The notes under the pieces are model-generated. The model did not search any database. It was not told where the DNA came from and saw only the letters and a list, made by a program, of their open reading frames with translations. Positions 49,804-59,768 of a stretch of DNA of 64,000 nucleotides are shown here, piece after piece. Position 1 is the stretch's first letter. Each line of letters starts with the position of its first letter. The position numbers and the translations under genes were made by a program. Source of the DNA: Candidatus Latescibacterota bacterium (lineage in GTDB: Bacteria > Latescibacterota > UBA2968); contig OZ244960.1 in the NCBI GenBank assembly GCA_965222605.1, forward strand, positions 3,040,001-3,104,000, given 5' to 3'.

Positions 49804-51363
49804 ATGCTGATGACTGGTGGTCAGGCTGTGGTTGAGACATTGGATGCGTGGGGGGTGGATGTGGTGTTTGGCATTCCGGGGGTTCACACGCTCGCGCTTT
49901 ACGATGCGCTTTACGGTCATCCGCGCATTCGGCATGTGACGACGCGGCACGAGCAGGGGGCGGGTTTTATGGCCGATGGGTATGCGCGGGCTTCTGGGCG
50001 CGTGGGCGTGGCGTTGACGACGACGGGGCCAGCGGCGGTGAATGCGTTGACGCCGATTGGGGAAGCGCACGCAGAATCGTCGCCTGTGTTGTTGATATGC
50101 AGTGGTCCGACGGATGAAACATACGGTGCGGATGCGGGTGTGTTGCACGATATGCGCGATCAATTTGGCACGTTGTTTTCGGTAACGGGGCGCGGGCAGC
50201 GGGTGTCGCGTGTGGAAGAGATACCGGATGCGCTATCAGAGGGTTTTGAGGCGATGAAATACGGGCGCCCCCGGCCTTATGTTTTGGAAGTTCCGCTGGA
50301 TGTATTTAAGGAAGAAGCGGATGTAAAGATTGACGAACCCGCGCACCGTCCGCCGCATAAGCCTGAGGAGGTTGCGCTGGATGCCGCAGCGGAGATGATT
50401 CAGGCTGCGCGTAAGCCGGTGTTGATCGCGGGTGGGGGGACGCAAGATGCGAGTGATGATGTGGTCAGGTTGGCGGAGAAACTCGGCTTGCCGGTGGCTG
50501 TTACCGCCAATGGGCAGGGGGCTGTTCCGGCGGATCACCCTTTGCTGGTGCGCGGTGAGGCGATGAACAAATGTTTGAATGAAGCAGATGTGGTGATTGC
50601 TGTGGGTACGCGTTTGGGTTTTCGGTTTGAGCAACTGTGGAAGGGTACACCGGAGAAGCTCATTCATCTGGATATTGATCCGGGGGTGATCGGGCGGTCG
50701 TTTGAGCCAGATGTTGCGCTGATTGGCGATGCTGGCGCGGGGTTGAGGGGATTGTACGCGCGTTTGGATGGGGTAAAGACCGCGTGGGATGTCAATGATT
50801 CTATTTCGCAGGCGTCCGGTCAGGGGGAGCCGGGACCTTTTCCCGAGTTGCTGGGTATTTTGCGGGATGTTCTGGATCGGGATGCGGTAGTTGTGAATGA
50901 TATGACGATGATTAGCTATCAGGCACGCCGAATTTTTCCGGTTTATCAGCCGCGTACGTTTTTGTCGCCAACGGTTTACGGAACGCTGGGGTTTTCCCTG
51001 CCCGCTGCTGTGGGTGCTAAGATCGCGTGTCCAGATAAGCAGGTGGTGTCGCTGTGCGGTGATGGTGGGTTTATGTACACGGCGACAGAGCTTTCTACCG
51101 CGGTTCAGCAAAAAATATCTCTACCGGTTGTTTTGTGCAATGACAATGCTTATACTGCGATCAAGCGGGCGCAGGATCGGGAATGCGGTGGGCGGAATAT
51201 TGCCGTGGAATTGACAAATCCCGATTTTGTGATGTTTGCACAGAGTTTTGGGATGCAGAGTGTTCGCGTGACCAGTGGACAGGCGTTTGGCGAGGCACTC
51301 GAAGAGGCGTTGCGGGCTGATGGACCAACGCTGATCGAGGTTTTATTGCCGGAGTATGCCTGA
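49804..51363 (+). CDS. ThDP-dependent enzyme (acetolactate synthase/decarboxylase-like)
   Basis: FGIPGVHTL, RHEQGAGFMADGYAR, YGTLG, GDGGF, NDNAY. Confidence 0.92.
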   Translation: MLMTGGQAVVETLDAWGVDVVFGIPGVHTLALYDALYGHPRIRHVTTRHEQGAGFMADGYARASGRVGVALTTTGPAAVNALTPIGEAHAESSPVLLICSGPTDETYGADAGVLHDMRDQFGTLFSVTGRGQRVSRVEEIPDALSEGFEAMKYGRPRPYVLEVPLDVFKEEADVKIDEPAHRPPHKPEEVALDAAAEMIQAARKPVLIAGGGTQDASDDVVRLAEKLGLPVAVTANGQGAVPADHPLLVRGEAMNKCLNEADVVIAVGTRLGFRFEQLWKGTPEKLIHLDIDPGVIGRSFEPDVALIGDAGAGLRGLYARLDGVKTAWDVNDSISQASGQGEPGPFPELLGILRDVLDRDAVVVNDMTMISYQARRIFPVYQPRTFLSPTVYGTLGFSLPAAVGAKIACPDKQVVSLCGDGGFMYTATELSTAVQQKISLPVVLCNDNAYTAIKRAQDRECGGRNIAVELTNPDFVMFAQSFGMQSVRVTSGQAFGEALEEALRADGPTLIEVLLPEYA

Positions 51364-51418
51364 TAAGTGCATCCTTATAAGTGGTAGATAGAGATAGAAC
51401 ACAGGCGCAGGAGGTTTT

Positions 51419-53134
51419 ATGGCAACAAAGCGCAAGAAGAGACGGCACAGAGGGGCTGCGGGCAAGGCGAATGCGGATTTGACGGCGCATATTCGATCAC
51501 TGGGGTTGACGAGTGTGGGGCAATATCAGGCGTGGTGTCGGGATCACGGATTTAATGGGGCGCTGAATAAGAACTGGCAGGAGCGGCGGCACGAGCGCAA
51601 GATTGCCGACCGGGCGATTGATGTGGAATTGACCGAACGGGAATTTGTGCGCCATATCAGTGCGTTGGGGTTAAAGACGGTTGCGGATTATACCGCATGG
51701 TGTAACGCGCACGGGTTGAGTACGGGTACGCATAAGAGCGTTGCTCAGCGCAAGAAAGAGCGCGATTTGGCCGAGCGGATAAAGAGCGATGCGGTTTTGG
51801 CGAAGATGAAAAATCACACGCGGCGGCCACAGGAGACGATTCGGGCCATTTATGAGGGCAAGCTGTCGGAAGCGGAGTTGAATCGCCCGCATTTGCAAAA
51901 GATCCAGCGGGCTTTTGATGGGCTGGGGAGAGACCGCAAGGGGCGACGCGCGCTGTTGCAGTTGTTGCTTCATGTGGAGAAACGAGGCGATTTTTTTCAG
52001 GTTAAGCCCGCGATTGTGCGCCTGGGACCTTCTGATGGCAATACATTTATTGAGGGATTGGGCGCGCTGTCGCATTGGCACAAGCGGTGGTTGCGCGATC
52101 CAGGAGAGTGGCGGCCAGATTCGCACAATGGGCGCAAGCAATTTGGTTCACTCGCGCGACATTTGCTCGCGAGATACGATGTGCCCACGTTTATGGATAT
52201 CGCGTGGTTTCTCGGTGGGGAAGATAAGGCACAGCAGCAGGGATGGTTTGTGCATGTGGGAACGGGCGGGAATATTCGCAAGGCGGATGTTCCGCTGACG
52301 CTGACGAAGAAGATGGCGCATTTGTTTTTGGAGTCGCCGCCTGATTATACGATTTACGAGGCGTTTCGGCGCGGTCAAATTCTGGGGCTTGGCGGGGAAG
52401 AACCGCTGGTGCGCGCGGTGAATAGTACGCGGTTGGGGTCGTCCTTTGAATGCGAATCTTTCTGGCATAAGGTGGTGCACTTTTTTGTGAATAATCCAAT
52501 GCTCGATCCCGATGAGGTGGGACCTATTGTGGATTATATTCACAATCAAAAATACGTGCATCGAGAAGAGACGGTTGGTGGCGAGGTGGTGCAGTTGCCT
52601 CCCGAGCAGCCGAATTTTTCGATTAAGGGGCGCAGTGTGGTCAAGTTGCTGCGGCAGGTTGAGATGTGGCACCGACAGTTGGCGAGGCAGAATCGCTTGC
52701 CGGCAAAGGTGTGGGAGCCTTCGGGACTCAATGAGCTGGATTGGACAGAGACGGATAATTATGGAAATAAAAAGGATCGCTGGACGATTACGGAGTTGGT
52801 GACGGTCAAAGAGTTGTCCCTTGAAGGGCGCAAGATGCATCACTGCGTGGGGTCTTATGCGAATAATTGCAAGAATGGGAGGACGTCAATCTGGTCGATG
52901 CAGGTTACGACGCCGGAGGATGAAATGCATCGGGTGATGACGATTGCGGTGCAAAATGGCAGCCGGAGCATTACGCAGGCGCGTGGGAAATGCAATGCGC
53001 GACCCAATGGCAGAACGCCCAGTGGCAAGCGTCGGGATTTTAGCAAGGAGTATGAACGCCATTTGCGGAAGTCGCGCCATGTGTTGTTTTTGTGGCGGGA
53101 GCAAGAGAGGTTGTCTATGTCGCGTGGTGTATAA
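51419..53134 (+). CDS. PcfJ-domain protein with duplicated N-terminal helical repeat
   Basis: LSLEGRKMHHCVGSY..C..G..SIWSM..TIAV..QARGKCN; N-terminal repeats SLGLTSVGQYQAWCRDHG / ALGLKTVADYTAWCNAHG; GGAGG RBS. Confidence 0.8.
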   Translation: MATKRKKRRHRGAAGKANADLTAHIRSLGLTSVGQYQAWCRDHGFNGALNKNWQERRHERKIADRAIDVELTEREFVRHISALGLKTVADYTAWCNAHGLSTGTHKSVAQRKKERDLAERIKSDAVLAKMKNHTRRPQETIRAIYEGKLSEAELNRPHLQKIQRAFDGLGRDRKGRRALLQLLLHVEKRGDFFQVKPAIVRLGPSDGNTFIEGLGALSHWHKRWLRDPGEWRPDSHNGRKQFGSLARHLLARYDVPTFMDIAWFLGGEDKAQQQGWFVHVGTGGNIRKADVPLTLTKKMAHLFLESPPDYTIYEAFRRGQILGLGGEEPLVRAVNSTRLGSSFECESFWHKVVHFFVNNPMLDPDEVGPIVDYIHNQKYVHREETVGGEVVQLPPEQPNFSIKGRSVVKLLRQVEMWHRQLARQNRLPAKVWEPSGLNELDWTETDNYGNKKDRWTITELVTVKELSLEGRKMHHCVGSYANNCKNGRTSIWSMQVTTPEDEMHRVMTIAVQNGSRSITQARGKCNARPNGRTPSGKRRDFSKEYERHLRKSRHVLFLWREQERLSMSRGV

Positions 53135-53138
53135 GCGA

Positions 53139-55532
53139 TCATTCATACCGCAACGCTGTCGCTGGGTCGGTCAAGGCTGCGCGAATAGCCTGCGTGCTCA
53201 CTGTCATGATCGCGATTGCCATTGTTAGCAACCCACTCAGCACAAAAATTAGTGCACCCAAATCTATGCGATACGCAAACCTCGCCAACCACTCATTCAT
53301 AGCCCAATAGGCCAGCGGAAATGCGATCAGATCGGCCAGCAGTACCAAAATCACAAATTCCCGCGAGAGCAAACGCACAATATTGGGTACGGATGCGCCC
53401 AGCGTCTTGCGGATGCCAATTTCTTTGGTGCGTTGCTCTGCCGTAAATGCCGCCAGGCCAAACAGGCCCAGGCACGCTATTACAATCGCCAGCCCGGCAA
53501 ATACGGTCACAAGTGTTCCAATCCGTTGTTCGGCCATATAAGAGCGCGCCAAATATTCGTCTAAAAATCGATACACAAACGGTTTTTCGGGAATATATTT
53601 CTGCCATAGTTCACCGATATATTTAAGCGTCTCTTCAATATCCTCACCGCGAATTTTTAGTGATAGCACATTGAATTTGGGTTGCCACATCGCAATTGCC
53701 ACGGGCCGAATGACTTCGTGTAGCGACCGGTTGTGAAAATCTTTTACCACGCCGATCACAATTCCCTTTTCTCGATTGTACGCAGACCATCCAAACGCCT
53801 TTCCTATCGGCTCAGTCCACCCCAATCGCTTCACGGCAGTCTCGTTTAAGATAAACGCCCGAGACGTATCTGCTACCATCGAAAAATTGCGACCCGCTAT
53901 GAGTTCCAAATTATAGGTGTCTAAAAAAGCTTCATCTACCCCCATAACGCGCATCCGCCAGTCTTCACCTCCTCTGCCCTCGGGAAATACCCTGTCCAGT
54001 TGTCCCCCATATCCCATCGTAGAATGCGCTGCCGATGCTTTCAAGATATTTGGGTGCTTCAAAAATTCATTCTTGACATTCAAATAATCATCTGTCAATC
54101 GCCGATCTGTCGCAAATAGCCAGGTTAGAACCATGAGATTTTTATCAAATCCCAGATTTTTATTTTGCACATAATTCAACTGCTGATACACCGTGTATGT
54201 ACCCGCAATTAGAAATGTCGAGATCGCAAATTGAAATACCACGAGAATCTGTCGCAGTCGGCCGCTTTTGGCACCTGAAACAAGCGTGCCTTTCAGGACC
54301 ATTACAGGCCGAAAGCTGGACAAAAACAGTGCGGGATATCCTCCGGCGAGTACGCTCACCAGCACCGTTAAAACAAATAGCCCGGCAATCGCATACCACA
54401 GGGTCTGTCCTTCAAGCGCAATTGTTTTTTGGGCAAAGTTATTCAGGAGAGGCAGTGAAAATTTTACAATAATTAGCGACAATATCCCGGCCAATAGTGC
54501 GGTCAAAAACGTCTCTCCCAAAAACTGTCGAATCAATTGGGCGCGATAGGCCCCCACGACCTTCCGCAACCCAACTTCGCGTGCCCGTCGCGCAGAACGC
54601 GCTGTTGATAGGTTCATAAAATTGATGCACGCAATCAGCAGAATAAATAGCCCGATGATTGCAAAGAGGTACACGTAGGTGATGTCGCTATAAGCTGAGA
54701 TGCCATAATCCACCCTGGAATACAGATAAATCCGATCAAGAGGCTGCAAAAAATAGGTGCTCTTTTTGACGATCTCATCACCCATATATCGCGCCATAAA
54801 TTTGGGTAATTTTGCTTCGAGTGCCGTAGCATCTGCGCCTTCTCGCAATAAAATGTAATTTTGTGCCGGTCGCCAGGTTGAATCCACGGCCCACTGTTCA
54901 AATACATTCCGCGTCCAATAGGTGTTCACCGTTGCACATACAATGTCAAACTGCATGGTTGATTGTCGAGGCACGTTTTTTAGTACGCCAGTAATCGTAT
55001 ATACCCCACCCATATACCGATCATCGACTGTAAGCACTTTTCCTATTGGATCGTCATCCCCAAAGAATCGCCGCGCCGCTGTCTCTGTCACCAAAATGGA
55101 AAGCGGTTCTTTGAGAACCGTCGCCCTATCTCCTATCACCAGTTCAAAATCGAAGACATCCAAAAAATCGGGATCTGTCAAACAGAACCGCTGATTAAAT
55201 TTGCGGTCTTTATACGTGGTCCAGCTATAGTCCAACATATATCGCACGACTGTTTCGATTTCTGAATAATCTTTTTTTAGCGCGGGGCCCGCTGCGCCCG
55301 ATGTGCCAAAACCCATGTCGCGGATACCGCCATCGTTGCGCATCTCGCGGAGCAATTTGTAAATCCGATCGCTCTTTGTGTGAAACCGATTGACGCGAAA
55401 TTCATCGTGAATGAATAATCCGATCAGGACACAACAAGCCACGCCCACCGATAATCCCAGTACATTGATCAGCGAGTACCCCTTGTGACGCATCAAATTG
55501 CGCAGGGCGATTTTCAGATAGTTTTGGAGCAT
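53139..55532 (-). CDS. MacB/FtsX-like duplicated ABC permease
   Basis: MLQNYLKIALRNL, ACINFMNLSTARSARRAREVGLRKVVGA, EQRTKEIGIRK, ALRYE. Confidence 0.93.
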   Translation of the reverse strand: MLQNYLKIALRNLMRHKGYSLINVLGLSVGVACCVLIGLFIHDEFRVNRFHTKSDRIYKLLREMRNDGGIRDMGFGTSGAAGPALKKDYSEIETVVRYMLDYSWTTYKDRKFNQRFCLTDPDFLDVFDFELVIGDRATVLKEPLSILVTETAARRFFGDDDPIGKVLTVDDRYMGGVYTITGVLKNVPRQSTMQFDIVCATVNTYWTRNVFEQWAVDSTWRPAQNYILLREGADATALEAKLPKFMARYMGDEIVKKSTYFLQPLDRIYLYSRVDYGISAYSDITYVYLFAIIGLFILLIACINFMNLSTARSARRAREVGLRKVVGAYRAQLIRQFLGETFLTALLAGILSLIIVKFSLPLLNNFAQKTIALEGQTLWYAIAGLFVLTVLVSVLAGGYPALFLSSFRPVMVLKGTLVSGAKSGRLRQILVVFQFAISTFLIAGTYTVYQQLNYVQNKNLGFDKNLMVLTWLFATDRRLTDDYLNVKNEFLKHPNILKASAAHSTMGYGGQLDRVFPEGRGGEDWRMRVMGVDEAFLDTYNLELIAGRNFSMVADTSRAFILNETAVKRLGWTEPIGKAFGWSAYNREKGIVIGVVKDFHNRSLHEVIRPVAIAMWQPKFNVLSLKIRGEDIEETLKYIGELWQKYIPEKPFVYRFLDEYLARSYMAEQRIGTLVTVFAGLAIVIACLGLFGLAAFTAEQRTKEIGIRKTLGASVPNIVRLLSREFVILVLLADLIAFPLAYWAMNEWLARFAYRIDLGALIFVLSGLLTMAIAIMTVSTQAIRAALTDPATALRYE

Positions 55533-55553
55533 GATTGTTTCTACAGAATGGGG

Positions 55554-55644
55554 TTATAGTTGTTCATCCCGGTCTAACCATCCGTCCGATAGATGTATGA
55601 TGCGGTCTCCATAAGAGGCGTTCTTCTCTGAGTGCGTGCATTGG
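55554..55644 (-). repeat. Diverged duplicate of the ABC ATPase 3' end (partner 56306-56396)
   Basis: QCTHSEKNASYGDRIIHLSDGWLDRDEQL* versus QCTHSEKNAAYGDRIVHLSDGWLDRDEHL*; 9 mismatches in 91 nt by manual alignment. Confidence 0.93.
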
Positions 55645-55656
55645 TCGGGCAACCAG

Positions 55657-56252
55657 TCACGTCAGACAATGCGCCACTGCGTCTCTGTACGTTTCGAGCA
55701 CTGGGGTTTCCAGGTTCTTCACCTTGGCCAGATCATCCCATTTCCTGAGGTGCACGGCATTCTGGTAGTAAGGATTGCTTTCGAACTCGGTCCTTTCCCG
55801 ATCTGACATGAGGCCTCCTTGCAGTTGGAAACTATGCTTAGAGGCTTCGGAAAGGGTGTTGTAGTAGGTCGAATCCGTGGTGCAGATGTATCGCTTGGCC
55901 GGAACGTGAAGTTTCACCGGTTCGGTCACCGCCTCGATAAAAAAGGGCGCTATGTACGCGGCGCCCACTTCTTCGTGGAGAAAGTCCTGGGTGTGGAAAT
56001 CTGCGTTTTCTGCGTGTTCGTCCATCAGAAAATGGCCGATATCGTGCAATAGTGCGGCAGTTATCTGAATCGCGTCTCCATTGGCGAGCTGGGCCAGATT
56101 GGCGCACTGGAGCGCGTGTTCGAGTTGCGTTACGACTTCGTCGTAGTAGGACTGGCCCCTCGCTTCCATGTAGGCGAACAGAGCATCTATTTTTTTTCTG
56201 GCCTGCCTTCGGTCAATTCGTTCGCGAGTGTTGGATTGACGCGTTCCTTCAT
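55657..56252 (-). CDS. HD-domain PhnZ/TmpB-like diiron oxygenase; 5' end out of frame at an A8 tract
   Basis: EVVTQLEHALQ, AALLHDIGH, HEEVGA, HVPAKRY, SFQLQGG, LRKWDDLAK in 55657-56169; upstream ATG at 56252 joins only with one extra A at 56190-56197. Confidence 0.82.
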
Positions 56253-56305
56253 TTTGGCACCATCTTTCTCTAAAAATGTTCGAGTGATAAATTTAATTAG
56301 AGGGA

Positions 56306-56980
56306 TTACAAATGTTCATCCCGGTCCAACCATCCGTCCGATAGATGTACGATGCGGTCTCCGTAAGCGGCGTTTTTCTCTGAGTGGGTGCATTGGACGA
56401 TGGTTACGCCTTCGGCATTTAGATGTTTGAAGAGGGTCATGATCCGCTCGCCTTCTGCCGAGTTTAAGTTGCCGGTTGGTTCGTCTGCCAGGATCATTTT
56501 TGGCTGTGTGATCAATGCTCGGGCTACGCCTACCAGTTGTTGTTGTCCGCCGGATAACTGGTTGGGGAATAGTCGCTTTTTTGCCACGATGTTGAAGCGG
56601 TCCAGCATTTCGGCGATGCGGCCTTTGCGTTCGGCGCCTTTTACTTTTTGATATAAGAGGGGTGTTTCCAGATTTTCGCCGACGGTTAGTTCGTCGATTA
56701 GATGGTAGCTCTGAAATACAAATCCGATGTGGTCTCGGTGCAGTTCGGTCAATGCGCGTTCGTCCAGTTTGTGAACTGCGCGGTTGTAAAAATGGTACTC
56801 TCCATTCGAGGCGGTGTCCAACATGCCCAGGATGTGCAATAGGGTTGATTTGCCGGCTCCAGAGGGTCCCATGATGGATACAAATTCCCCTTCGCGGATT
56901 TCCAGATCAATCCGGCGCAGTACGAATGTTTTTACGACGCCATTTTCGTAGTATTTTTCGATGTTTTTTAGTTCGATCAT
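56306..56980 (-). CDS. ABC transporter ATP-binding protein (MacB/LolD type)
   Basis: GPSGAGKST, LSGGQQQ, ILADEPTGNL, THS; start moved to MIELKN behind AGGAG. Confidence 0.94.
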   Translation of the reverse strand: MIELKNIEKYYENGVVKTFVLRRIDLEIREGEFVSIMGPSGAGKSTLLHILGMLDTASNGEYHFYNRAVHKLDERALTELHRDHIGFVFQSYHLIDELTVGENLETPLLYQKVKGAERKGRIAEMLDRFNIVAKKRLFPNQLSGGQQQLVGVARALITQPKMILADEPTGNLNSAEGERIMTLFKHLNAEGVTIVQCTHSEKNAAYGDRIVHLSDGWLDRDEHL

Positions 56981-56990
56981 TTTTAGCTCC

Positions 56991-57248
56991 TTATGCGCGG
57001 CGTTCGAATAGGATAGATACTTCGCGTTCGGATGGCTCGCCAATTTCTACGAGGGACCAGTCTGCGTCGTAGTTTTCCACAATCCGCTTCAAACACATGA
57101 CTCTCTGTTCGTGGGGTTGGGCGTGTTCCTCCCAGGCGAATAGTTCCATGCGGTAATCGTATTTTCTGCTTTTGCCGTTTACCACCACGGTTACTTCCAC
57201 GGTGTCTTCGGCGTCTAAAGGCGGCAATTTGATCGAGATTTTGGGCAT
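56991..57248 (-). CDS. Small hypothetical protein inside the ABC operon
   Basis: 85-aa ORF MPKISIKLPP... with GGAG RBS; ends 10 nt before the ATPase start. Confidence 0.7.
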   Translation of the reverse strand: MPKISIKLPPLDAEDTVEVTVVVNGKSRKYDYRMELFAWEEHAQPHEQRVMCLKRIVENYDADWSLVEIGEPSEREVSILFERRA

Positions 57249-57273
57249 GGTGATTCTCCGAAACAACGGTCAA

Positions 57274-57323
57274 CGGGCGACCACAGGCACTGCCCCGTAA
57301 TGTTTTTATACGGGGGGTCGCCC
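57274..57323. repeat. GTAG-type REP variant carrying a nested mini-hairpin
   Basis: CGGGCGACCACAG..GGTCGCCC arms as at 5133; inner CCCCGTAATGTTTTTATACGGGG at 57293-57315. Confidence 0.7.
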
Positions 57324-59756
57324 TTACTCATACCGCAGGGCGTCAACGGGATTGGAACGCGCTGCGCGGATGGCCTGGAGGCTTATGGTACACAGGGCGA
57401 TGATAACGGCTAATAGGCTACACAGAACATATATTTTTACACTGGGTACAATGCGGTATGCAAAGCCATTGAGCCACTGTCCCATTGCCCAATAGGCCAC
57501 AGGCCATGCGACGAGATTGGCAATGGTGAGCAGGAGTACAAATTCCCGCGATAGAAGCGCGATGATCTCACTTACCGATGCACCCAAAACCTTGCGAATG
57601 CCAATTTCTTTTGTGCGCTGAGAAACAGATAGGGATGCGAGGCCAAATAAGCCCAAACACGCGATCAAAATTCCAAATCCCGACGCGTACCACACGATTT
57701 GGACCCAGCGCTGTTCTTCGCGGTATTGACGGTTGACCTGTTGATCCAGGAATGCAAATATAAACGGACGCGCGGGTTCAATTTTTTTCCAGGTTTCTCG
57801 CAGCAACTCAATACTGCCGTTTACGTCTTCTGGGCGAATACGCACGAGAATCACGCCTGGGCCGCGATCGCCTGGCGAGTCGCTTATTGAGTTATAAAAT
57901 ACGATCGGCTTGATTTCGTTGTGAAGTGATTGAAAATGAAAATTTTTCACCACCCCAATTACCTGATGCGGCTCTTTTTTGTTCAGTACGGGAAATGGCT
58001 GCCCAATGGGGTCATCCCAGCCAAAAATATCTACCAGTGTCTCGTTCACAATTACAGACCGCTGAGAATCGCTCGGAAATTCTGTGGAAAAGTTTCGCCC
58101 CATCTTCAGGCCAATGCCCAGTGTTTCTAAATAGGCTTCATCAATCCACATGGTCCAGATAGTGATCGACTTGCCATTGGGCAATCTATGGCCTCTTTGT
58201 TCTTGACTATTTACAAATGAATAGCCCCCGCCAGCAATATTTACGATGCGATCATGACCGCGTAAGGCATCGCGCAAGCGTTGGGGAGTTTCCCGCGTGG
58301 CGTTGCGCAAGACGATCACCTGTTCGCTGGTATATCCCAAATTTTTTGACTGCAAATAATCCAGTTGCTGCGCCATGATGCCCGTGCAGATCATCAAAAC
58401 GATTGACAAAGCATATTGCACTATGACCAGGGCGCGTGCAAAGGGTTTGCGCCGTCTTGTCCGCGTGTTGCCCTTGAATACGGATATGGGTTGCAATTTT
58501 GATAATATTAGTGCTGGATAACTGCCGGCGGCGAGTCCGACAAATACGAGCACACCTGTTAGCGCGACAATCAGTTCCCAACTGGGGACGATTGCCACTT
58601 CCCCGGCAATCATGTCGTTGAATACCGGTAAAAACAATCTGGCAAGTGCCGATCCCAGGATCAGGGCGAGCAAGCTCATCAGCAGGGTTTCACCCCAGAA
58701 TTGTTGCATTAAGTTGCCGCGATGTGCGCCCAATACTTTGCGGATGCCCACTTCCAGTGACCGCCGCGCCGAGTATCCCAGTGACAGGGTTGTGAAATTG
58801 ATACACGCGATCAGCAGGACCACCGCGCCAATGGCTGATAGGACATAGGCGAACATGGGGCTGATGGTTTGTTCGTATCCTCCGGTTACGTCGTTTTGAA
58901 AATGAATTTTTACAAGGGGTTGTAATTGGAATTGAAAGGCATCGGCGCGGTCTTGAATGCGCCCCCACTTGACCCAGTTACTTCTCTGTCTGGTTAGTCG
59001 TTCGGTGGTAAAAGTGGCGAGTTTTTCGTTTAGTGCTGTCGCCTGATTTGCCTCGTGGATTTGAACATAAGTCGATACGCGCGCCCCCCACGCATTCGAC
59101 ATTTGAAAATGCCATTTGTTATCTCGATACGCACTCTCAAAGGGAATGAGAATGTCATTTCCACGCATACTCGAGGTCAACGGCAATGCTTTCATAATGC
59201 CTGTGACCACATACTCTCGGGGGTCCCGAATGCCCTTAATACGCAGCGACTGGCCTATCACACGGGCGTAATTTTCTGTTTCATCAAAGTATTTTTTTGC
59301 CACGCGCTCGCTGATGACCACGCTGTGCATATCGTCAAGTGCTGTATTTGCATCTCCGGCTAATAGCGGATAGGTGAATATCTGCAAATAGGCGGGATCT
59401 ATTAGTGCAATGCGTTCCCCAAATAGCTTATCCCCACGCTCGATAATCACATTTGAATTGGCAAATCGCGTTGTGTGAGCGATTTCTGGAAATGCTTCTT
59501 TCAAGGCGGCCGCGAGTTCTTCCGGTTGTCTTACCGTTAGTGCGATTTCGCCCTCTTTGGTAATTTCCCGCGCCAATACCCGAAAGATCACACCTCTGTT
59601 TTTGTGAAACCGATCAAAAGACCATTGCTGATGCACCGCCGAAAAAATGAGCACACAGCACGCCATCCCAATCGCGAGTCCCAGGATGTTAATTGATGCG
59701 TATAATTTGTTCCGCATTAAATTGCGTAGCGCGATTTTGAGATAGTTTTTGATCAT
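57324..59756 (-). CDS. MacB/FtsX-like duplicated ABC permease
   Basis: MIKNYLKIALRNL, ACINF..EVGIRKVLGA, QRTKEIGIRKVLGA, NPVDALRYE. Confidence 0.93.
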   Translation of the reverse strand: MIKNYLKIALRNLMRNKLYASINILGLAIGMACCVLIFSAVHQQWSFDRFHKNRGVIFRVLAREITKEGEIALTVRQPEELAAALKEAFPEIAHTTRFANSNVIIERGDKLFGERIALIDPAYLQIFTYPLLAGDANTALDDMHSVVISERVAKKYFDETENYARVIGQSLRIKGIRDPREYVVTGIMKALPLTSSMRGNDILIPFESAYRDNKWHFQMSNAWGARVSTYVQIHEANQATALNEKLATFTTERLTRQRSNWVKWGRIQDRADAFQFQLQPLVKIHFQNDVTGGYEQTISPMFAYVLSAIGAVVLLIACINFTTLSLGYSARRSLEVGIRKVLGAHRGNLMQQFWGETLLMSLLALILGSALARLFLPVFNDMIAGEVAIVPSWELIVALTGVLVFVGLAAGSYPALILSKLQPISVFKGNTRTRRRKPFARALVIVQYALSIVLMICTGIMAQQLDYLQSKNLGYTSEQVIVLRNATRETPQRLRDALRGHDRIVNIAGGGYSFVNSQEQRGHRLPNGKSITIWTMWIDEAYLETLGIGLKMGRNFSTEFPSDSQRSVIVNETLVDIFGWDDPIGQPFPVLNKKEPHQVIGVVKNFHFQSLHNEIKPIVFYNSISDSPGDRGPGVILVRIRPEDVNGSIELLRETWKKIEPARPFIFAFLDQQVNRQYREEQRWVQIVWYASGFGILIACLGLFGLASLSVSQRTKEIGIRKVLGASVSEIIALLSREFVLLLTIANLVAWPVAYWAMGQWLNGFAYRIVPSVKIYVLCSLLAVIIALCTISLQAIRAARSNPVDALRYE

Positions 59757-59768
59757 GCGGTTTTTCCG

